Shown: one piece after another, positions 58,304 to 64,000 of the stretch | How the letters are laid out: each line of letters opens with the position of its first letter | How positions within the stretch are numbered: position 1 is the stretch's first letter | Origin: Candidatus Eiseniibacteriota bacterium | GTDB taxonomy: Bacteria > Eisenbacteria > RBG-16-71-46 | Direction: 5' to 3' | Length of the DNA: 64,000 nucleotides | Assembly: GCA_963717505.1 (NCBI GenBank) | Contig: OY970342.1 | Span: forward strand, 1,632,001-1,696,000 | Translations under genes and position numbers: made by a program | Notes under the pieces: generated by a model | Seen by the model: only the letters and a program-made list of their open reading frames with translations | Told to the model about the DNA's origin: nothing | The model's database searches: none

Positions 58304-58380
58304 TGGCGCGCCTGGAGGGAATCGAACCCCCGACCGACGGATTAGAAATCCGTTGCTCTATCCATCTGAGCTACAGGCGC
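58304..58380 (-). tRNA. tRNA-Arg(TCT)
   Basis: Acceptor GCGCCTG/CAGGCGC, anticodon loop TTTCTAA, GGTTCGATTCC, encoded CCA. Confidence 0.96.
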
Positions 58381-58423
58381 GGGTTCGTGATTCGCCGGCG
58401 GTGCCCGGACCTCCGGAGGAAAC

Positions 58424-58500
<77 letters not shown>

Positions 58501-58528
58501 GCGAAAGACAGTGCCGCGCGAACGTGCG

Positions 58529-58558
58529 AGCATAGTGGCCGCGCTTCGCAGGCGTCAA
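58529..58558 (-). promoter_or_regulatory. sigma70 promoter of tRNA Pro-Arg-His operon
   Basis: Minus-strand TTGACG-N18-TATGCT. Confidence 0.65.
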
Positions 58559-58661
58559 ACCCAAACCGAACCCGGGGTGATCGGGTTGCGCCGGCGCGGC
58601 CCGGCTCCTATTCTTAGCCGCTCGAGCCCCCGCACCGCGGACCTGTTTTTCGGAGATTCCC

Positions 58662-59099
58662 ATGAGCGGCGTCAACAAGGTGATTCTGATCGGCAACCTC
58701 GGCGCGAACCCCGAGATGCGTTTCACCCAGGGGGGGCAGGCGGTCGCCAACCTGCGCATCGCGACCACCGAGCGGTGGACCGACAAGTCCGGCCAGCGGC
58801 AGGAGTCCACCGAGTGGCATCGGGTGGTCCTGTTCGGCAAGACCGCCGAGATCGCCGGCCAGTACCTGACCAAGGGCCGGCAGGTCTACATCGAAGGCCG
58901 CATCCGCACCCGCCAGTGGCAGGACCAGAGCGGTCAGAAGCGGTACACCACCGAGATCGTCGGCACCAACATGACGCTGCTCGGTGGACGCTCCGGCGAG
59001 CGCACCGGTGACGACGCGCCGTCCGCGGCGACCGTGCCTCCGGACGACGGGATGACCGCCGACTTCGGCGGCGGGCCCGACGACGACATTCCGTTTTGA
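58662..59099 (+). CDS. ssb: Single-stranded DNA-binding protein
   Basis: [29 protein letters not shown]-terminal DDDIPF. Confidence 0.98.
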   Translation: MSGVNKVILIGNLGANPEMRFTQGGQAVANLRIATTERWTDKSGQRQESTEWHRVVLFGKTAEIAGQYLTKGRQVYIEGRIRTRQWQDQSGQKRYTTEIVGTNMTLLGGRSGERTGDDAPSAATVPPDDGMTADFGGGPDDDIPF

Positions 59100-59165
59100 T
59101 CGCAGTACCGGCCGGACATCTCCGGACCGGTGTCCAGCATCGAAGCATCGCGGTTGCCACACCGT

Positions 59166-59516
59166 GGGGGCGATAGGTCTCGACGGGGGTTGTGAACCAG
59201 CGAGTGCAGGCCGGGGACCCGTGACCTCGTCAAAAAAGCGGGAAATTGCAACTGCCAACGAGCAGTTTGCTCTCGCTGCTTAACTAGCAGCGACGGTCGC
59301 CCGGACCCCGCCTGTGGGGGCTGGAGCGGGCGTCAGAAAAACGCAGGCTAGTCCAACGCCTCGCCCGGCGGCGGAGGACGAAACCTTACGGGCTGGCGCG
59401 CGAATGATCCCGCCGGTCGGAGCGGACGCGTGCGACATTCAATAGGCCGGACAAGCCTGTAGGACTTTCTGGGGAACGGCTTTCGGACGCGGGTTCAATT
59501 CCCGCCGCCTCCACCA
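59166..59516 (+). ncRNA. ssrA: Transfer-messenger RNA; tag peptide (A)ANEQFALAA at 59254-59283
   Basis: 5' GGGGGCG pairs with 3' CGCCTCC-A-CCA with G3.U; T-arm GCGGGTTCAATTCCCGC; tag ORF ending ALAA-TAA. Confidence 0.96.
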
Positions 59517-59589
59517 TCGCTCTCTCGCCGGGGCGACCCTCGCCACCTGCTTGCAGCCCACGCGGCATGGGACTACCTTCCCGCGTCCC

Positions 59590-60285
59590 GTGAACGCGGC
59601 CTCACCTCTGCTTGCCGACCGCCTGGCCTGGATTCAAGACCGTATCGCACAAGCGACTCGGCGGTCGGGCCGGGCTCCCGGGGCGGTGACGCTGATCGGG
59701 GTGGTCAAGGGCGTGGACCGAGAGCGCGTCCGTCAGGCCCTGGACCTGGGGCTCCAGGATCTGGGGGGCAGCCGGGTTCAGGACACCGTGGCGTTACAGG
59801 ACGCCCTCGAGCGGACGGCGCGCTGGCACATGATCGGAAACCTTCAACGCAACAAGGCGGCACGGGCCGTCGAACGGTTCGATTGCATCCAGACGCTAGA
59901 TGACCTCGAGCTGGCGCGGGCGCTGTCGCGTCACGCGGTCCAGACCGGCCGCCGACTGAAGACTCTCGTTCAAGTCAACGTCAGCGGCGAGCCGCAGAAG
60001 CACGGCGTCGAGCCGGGGGCACTGCCCGCGCTGGTGGAAGCGGTGGCGGCGCTGCCCGGTCTGGCGCTCGACGGCGTCCTGTCGATCGGCGCCGAAGTCG
60101 AGCAGGCGGAAGCAGCGCGACGCTATTTCGTCGCGACTCGCGAGCTGCGCGATCGCGCGGCGCGCGACACCGGCAGATCGCTGCCGGAGCTGAGCATGGG
60201 CATGAGCGGCGACTTCGAGGTCGCGATCGAGGAAGGCAGCACCATGGTGCGCATCGGGACCGCGCTGTTCGGCGCGAGAAGCTGA
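59590..60285 (+). CDS. yggS: PLP homeostasis protein YggS
   Basis: WHMIGNLQRNK, VQVNVSGEPQKHG, LSMGMSGDFEVAIEEGSTMVRIGTALFG; start uncertain. Confidence 0.94.
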   Translation: MNAASPLLADRLAWIQDRIAQATRRSGRAPGAVTLIGVVKGVDRERVRQALDLGLQDLGGSRVQDTVALQDALERTARWHMIGNLQRNKAARAVERFDCIQTLDDLELARALSRHAVQTGRRLKTLVQVNVSGEPQKHGVEPGALPALVEAVAALPGLALDGVLSIGAEVEQAEAARRYFVATRELRDRAARDTGRSLPELSMGMSGDFEVAIEEGSTMVRIGTALFGARS

Positions 60286-60298
60286 CGGGAGCGGACGA

Positions 60299-60598
60299 AT
60301 GTTCGTGATTGGGAACATGATCGGAGCGCTGGCCTCGCTGCTCGACATCGTGCTGCAGATGCTGGCGCTCGTCGTGCTGATCAACGCGCTCCTGTCCTGG
60401 GTGCGTCCCGATCCGGGCAATCCAATCGTGATGTTCCTCGACCGGATCTCCGACCTCGTGTGCTGGCCGATTCGCAGGATCCTGCCGACGGTGTTCGGCG
60501 GGTTCGACCTGGCGCCGTTGTTCACGATCCTCATCCTGTGGTTCCTGCGCCAGTTCCTGGTGCAGACGCTGCGCGACATCGCGCTCAGGCTCGGATGA
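60299..60598 (+). CDS. yggT: YggT family membrane protein
   Basis: ALLSWV.PDP.NPIV, PIRRILP..GGFDLAP. Confidence 0.92.
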   Translation: MFVIGNMIGALASLLDIVLQMLALVVLINALLSWVRPDPGNPIVMFLDRISDLVCWPIRRILPTVFGGFDLAPLFTILILWFLRQFLVQTLRDIALRLG

Positions 60599-60897
60599 TC
60601 GCCATGGCGGCCAGAATCGCGGTGCGCGTGCACCCCGGAGCCCGGCGTGCGGGTTTGCGCGGACGACGCGCCGACGGCGTGCTGCGGATCGACGTGCCGG
60701 AAGCCCCGGAGGGTGGACGGGCGAACACGGCCGTGTGCGCCCTGGTCGCGCAGGCGCTCGGCGTGCGCGCGAGCGAGGTGCGGGTGGTGCACGGAGCGAC
60801 TTCACGCAGCAAGCTCCTCGAAGTCGAAAGTCTGGAAGCCCTCGAAGTCGAGCGCCGCCTGGCGGTCGCGGCGGAGGGGAGCGGCGATGGCGACTGA
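60595..60897 (+). CDS. DUF167 (YggU) family protein
   Basis: VRVHPGA, APEGGRAN, V.VVHGATSRSK. Confidence 0.9.
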   Translation: MIAMAARIAVRVHPGARRAGLRGRRADGVLRIDVPEAPEGGRANTAVCALVAQALGVRASEVRVVHGATSRSKLLEVESLEALEVERRLAVAAEGSGDGD

Positions 60898-61756
60898 ACA
60901 GACCACCCGGATCGCCGATGCCGCGCGCGCGGTGCAATCGCGCACCCCGCTCCGGCCCGAAGTCGGGATCATTCTCGGCACCGGGCTCGGCGACTTCGCG
61001 GGCGCACTCCAGACCGAGGTGGTGATCCCGTACCGGGACCTGCCGCACTTCCCGGTGTCGACGGTCGAGAGCCATGCCGGCGAGCTGCACCTCGGGCGTC
61101 TGGCGGGGCGGCCGGTCGCGGTCATGAAAGGTCGCGTGCACTTCTACGAGGGCTACAGCATGCGCCAGGTCGCGTTTCCGGTGCGTGTGCTCAAGGCGAT
61201 CGGCTGCGACACGCTGATCGTCACCAACGCGGTCGGCGGGATGAACCCCGATCATCCGCCGGGGACGATCGTGATTACCACCGACCACATCAACCTCATG
61301 GGCGACAACCCGCTGATCGGCGAGAACGACGACGCGCTCGGGCCTCGATTCCCGGACATGAGCGAACCGTACGACCGCCGGCTGATCGTCCTGGCCGAGC
61401 GCGTGGCGCTCGAGATCGGGGAGCGTTTGCCGCGGGCGGTGTTCGTCGGCGTGCCGGGCCCGAGCCTCGAAACCGCCGCCGAGTACCGGTTTCTGCGCTG
61501 GATTGGCGCGGACATCGTGGGCATGTCACTGGTGCCCGAGAACCTGACCGCGGTGCACGGGGGGCAGCGGGTTCTGGCGTTCAACGTCGTGACCGACGCC
61601 TGCTTGCCCGACCGGCTGCATCCGGTGGACATTTCCCAGATTCTGGCAATCGCGGCGGGTGCCGCGCCGCGGCTCACCCGGCTCATCACCGAGATTGTCC
61701 GGTGCTTGCACGAAGCCGATGCGACGATGGAGCCGAACGCCGGCTCCAGGAGGTAG
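60887..61756 (+). CDS. Purine-nucleoside phosphorylase (trimeric type)
   Basis: GIILGTGLG, STVESHAG, GRVHFYEGY, VTNAVGG, DHINL, GPRFPDMS, GPSLET.AE, VGMS. Confidence 0.93.
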   Translation: MATEQTTRIADAARAVQSRTPLRPEVGIILGTGLGDFAGALQTEVVIPYRDLPHFPVSTVESHAGELHLGRLAGRPVAVMKGRVHFYEGYSMRQVAFPVRVLKAIGCDTLIVTNAVGGMNPDHPPGTIVITTDHINLMGDNPLIGENDDALGPRFPDMSEPYDRRLIVLAERVALEIGERLPRAVFVGVPGPSLETAAEYRFLRWIGADIVGMSLVPENLTAVHGGQRVLAFNVVTDACLPDRLHPVDISQILAIAAGAAPRLTRLITEIVRCLHEADATMEPNAGSRR

Positions 61757-61764
61757 ACGAATAC

Positions 61765-62562
61765 ATGGCCACGAAGCGAAAGAGCACCGCCCGCACCAGC
61801 ACCGCCCGTACGGCCGGACGAGCCACTCGTTCCACCAGCGCCGCGAGCCGCACGCGTCCCGCGGCGGCTTCGGCACGCAAGACGTCGAGCAAGGATCGCG
61901 GCAAGGCTCAGAAGAGCGGACCCGCGCCCAAGCCCGGCCGTCCGACCGGCAAAGCTCCCGCGCGTCCGGCCGCGCCGGTGGCTTCGAGCAAGCGCAAGCC
62001 CGCCGTCGCCGCGAAAGTCGTCAAACCGGCCGTAGCTCCCAAACCCGTGGTTCGGCCGCTCGGAGTGCTGCCTCCGCAGCACCAGGCGAGAACCACTCAT
62101 CGTTCGGCCCCGGCGGCCGTGGTTCGTCCACGGCAGACCGCACCGATGCCGGCCCCACCCCAGGAAACCACACCCGTGACGGAACCGGATCTCAAGGATC
62201 TCGAAGTGCGGCTGCTCGACGAGCGTCGCCGGATTCTCAAGGAAATGGGACACCTCGAAACCACGGTGCTCAAGGTCAATCCGCGTGACAGCGCGGGCGA
62301 CCTGTCGGGCTATTCGTTCCACATGGCGGATGCCGGCACCGATGCGATGGAGCGCGAGAAAGCGTTCCTGTTCGCATCGACCGAAGGGCGTGCCCTGATG
62401 GAGATCAACGATGCTCTGCGCCGCCTCTATCGCGGCGAATATGGCGCCTGCGAGTCGTGTGGCCAGCCGATCCCGCGCGGGCGGCTGGAAGCCGTGCCGC
62501 ACGCTCGCCTGTGCATTGCCTGCAAAGAGAAGGAGGAGCGGAGCCAGCGGAGCACGACATGA
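61765..62562 (+). CDS. TraR/DksA C4-type zinc-finger protein with basic low-complexity N-terminus
   Basis: HMADAGTDAMERE, YGACESCG..I...RLEAVPHARLCIACK; RBS AGGAGG. Confidence 0.92.
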   Translation: MATKRKSTARTSTARTAGRATRSTSAASRTRPAAASARKTSSKDRGKAQKSGPAPKPGRPTGKAPARPAAPVASSKRKPAVAAKVVKPAVAPKPVVRPLGVLPPQHQARTTHRSAPAAVVRPRQTAPMPAPPQETTPVTEPDLKDLEVRLLDERRRILKEMGHLETTVLKVNPRDSAGDLSGYSFHMADAGTDAMEREKAFLFASTEGRALMEINDALRRLYRGEYGACESCGQPIPRGRLEAVPHARLCIACKEKEERSQRSTT

Positions 62563-63143
62563 TCCGTTCGGTTTCCCTGTTGGTCCTGGTTTCGAGTCTG
62601 GTGCTCGCGCTCGATCAATGGACCAAGCGCTGGGCGACGGAGCACCTGGAATTCCGGCCGCCGGTCCCCCTGCTCGGCGAATTCCTCCAGCTGACCTACA
62701 CGCGAAATTCGGGCGTCGCCTTCGGTCTCGGAGCCGGGCTGGGATTCCCGTACTACGTCTTCTCGATTGCCGCGGCCGGCGTGATCGTGTGGTTGTTCCT
62801 GCGGGGTCGGGTGACCGGAATCGGCCGCCAGCTCGCGCTCGCGCTGATTCTCGGTGGTGCACTCGGAAATCTCGTGGACCGGCTCAAGACCGGCGAGGTC
62901 GTGGATTTCATCCAGATCCTGTGGGGGCGCTTCCCGGTGTTCAACATCGCCGACACCGCCGTGTCGGTGGGCGTGGCCTGGATGGCCTGGTCGTGGACGA
63001 AGCGGAGCCGAACCGACGCGGCGGGCTCCGAGGACGAATCGCATGAACAACCCTCCGACCCTGGAGCTCACGGTGACCGATCCGGTCCGCGAGGAGCGCT
63101 TGGATCGCTTCCTGGCGATGGCTCAGGCGGATCTGTCGCGTAG
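62559..63143 (+). CDS. lspA: Lipoprotein signal peptidase II
   Basis: DQWTK, NSGVAFG, GGALGNLVDR, VVDFI, FPVFNIAD. Confidence 0.95.
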   Translation: MIRSVSLLVLVSSLVLALDQWTKRWATEHLEFRPPVPLLGEFLQLTYTRNSGVAFGLGAGLGFPYYVFSIAAAGVIVWLFLRGRVTGIGRQLALALILGGALGNLVDRLKTGEVVDFIQILWGRFPVFNIADTAVSVGVAWMAWSWTKRSRTDAAGSEDESHEQPSDPGAHGDRSGPRGALGSLPGDGSGGSVA

Positions 63144-64000
63144 CCGTCTCCAGGCGCTGATCCGAACCGGCCACGTGCGCGTGAACGGTGTGGTGGCGCG
63201 CGCCGCGCATCGGCTGCGGCCGGGCGATCGAATCCAGGTCGTCATCCCCGAAGTCCCGTTGCCTCGTCTCGAACCCGAGGATCGGCCGCTCGACATCGTC
63301 TTCGAGGACGCGGACGTGATCGTGCTCGACAAGCCGGCGGGCTGGGTGGTCCATCCGGGCGCGGGTGTGCGCTCCGGCACCATGGTCCACGCATTGCTCC
63401 ACTACGCTCCCGAGATCGCAGGCGTCGGAGGCGCTGGACGCCCAGGCATCGTCCATCGACTCGACAAAGACACATCGGGACTCATGGTGGTGGCCCGCAG
63501 CGAACGCGCCTATCGGTCGCTGGTCGCTGCCATTCAAGCCCGGCGCATGCGGCGCGTGTACCACGCCCTGGCCTGGGGGGAACCCAGGGCCGACACCGGC
63601 CTCCTGGAAACCGGCTTCGGGCGTGACCCGCGCCAGCGCCAACGCATGGCGGTAGTTCAGGGCAGCGCCCGATCCGCCCGCACCCACTGGCGCGTGTTGG
63701 AGCGACATGGAATCGCCACGCTCTTCGAAGTCCGGCTCGACACCGGCCGCACGCACCAGATCCGCGTTCATCTGGCACACTTGGGCCATCCCGTGGTCGG
63801 GGATGCCGTCTACGGGGGTGGCAGAAAGCAGTTGAGGGGCTCCGCCGGCCAGCGTAGCCTCGCAGCGGCGCTGCTCGACGCTCTCGGCCGGCAGGCACTG
63901 CACGCGGTGGAGGTCGGATTCGAGCATCCTGTGACTGGAGCGCCGCTCCGATTCACCAGACCGGTACCCGAGGACTTCGGGCACGCCCTCGACCTGCTGC
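63043..64000 (+). CDS. rluD: RluA/RluD family pseudouridine synthase (runs off window end)
   Basis: Not in ORF track because it has no stop in the window; ATG 63043 reads MNNPPTLEL..RLDRFL..SRSRLQ (S4), DKPAG..VHPG, RPGIVHRLDKDTSGL, LDTGRTHQIRVH, HPVVGD..YG. Confidence 0.93.
   Translation, partial: MNNPPTLELTVTDPVREERLDRFLAMAQADLSRSRLQALIRTGHVRVNGVVARAAHRLRPGDRIQVVIPEVPLPRLEPEDRPLDIVFEDADVIVLDKPAGWVVHPGAGVRSGTMVHALLHYAPEIAGVGGAGRPGIVHRLDKDTSGLMVVARSERAYRSLVAAIQARRMRRVYHALAWGEPRADTGLLETGFGRDPRQRQRMAVVQGSARSARTHWRVLERHGIATLFEVRLDTGRTHQIRVHLAHLGHPVVGDAVYGGGRKQLRGSAGQRSLAAALLDALGRQALHAVEVGFEHPVTGAPLRFTRPVPEDFGHALDLL

Noticed and set aside
59517-59589. Integrative element at the tmRNA 3' end
   Set aside because: yggS follows directly, with no integrase or duplicated att.

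Overview
GC-rich bacterial chromosomal window made mostly of densely packed, translationally coupled housekeeping genes. I found no CRISPR array, transposase, integrase or prophage. Gene content and the many secreted proteins with FlgD-Ig/T9SS-like C-termini suggest an uncultured FCB-related lineage such as Ca. Eisenbacteria; this is inference, not a database result. Core genes include hup, rsmI, ino1, tmk, ctpA, dusB, larB, larC, ppdK, smpB, murI, rph, rdgB, pyk, ssb, yggS/yggT/yggU, PNP, a dksA-like gene, lspA and rluD, plus 4 tRNAs and tmRNA. The most interesting material is an uncharacterised cell-surface protein export repertoire. It comprises (i) a 1500-aa S-layer-like protein with a strong promoter, a ~340-nt structured leader and high-expression codon bias, followed by two Ig-repeat lipoproteins (one frameshifted) and further CTD-bearing cargo; (ii) a lamin-tail/beta-barrel operon; and (iii) three different candidate C-terminal tags in one window: an FlgD/T9SS-like CTD, a short TWGxxKxLYR-type tail, and a dockerin-like pair. 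Also notable are an ino1-PIP synthase pair (inositol lipids), an orphan IlvC with altered active-site residues, an M16 pair with no intact HxxEH, and an actinobacterial-type pyk next to tRNA-His. All domain calls come from reading motifs by eye; none were checked by search.
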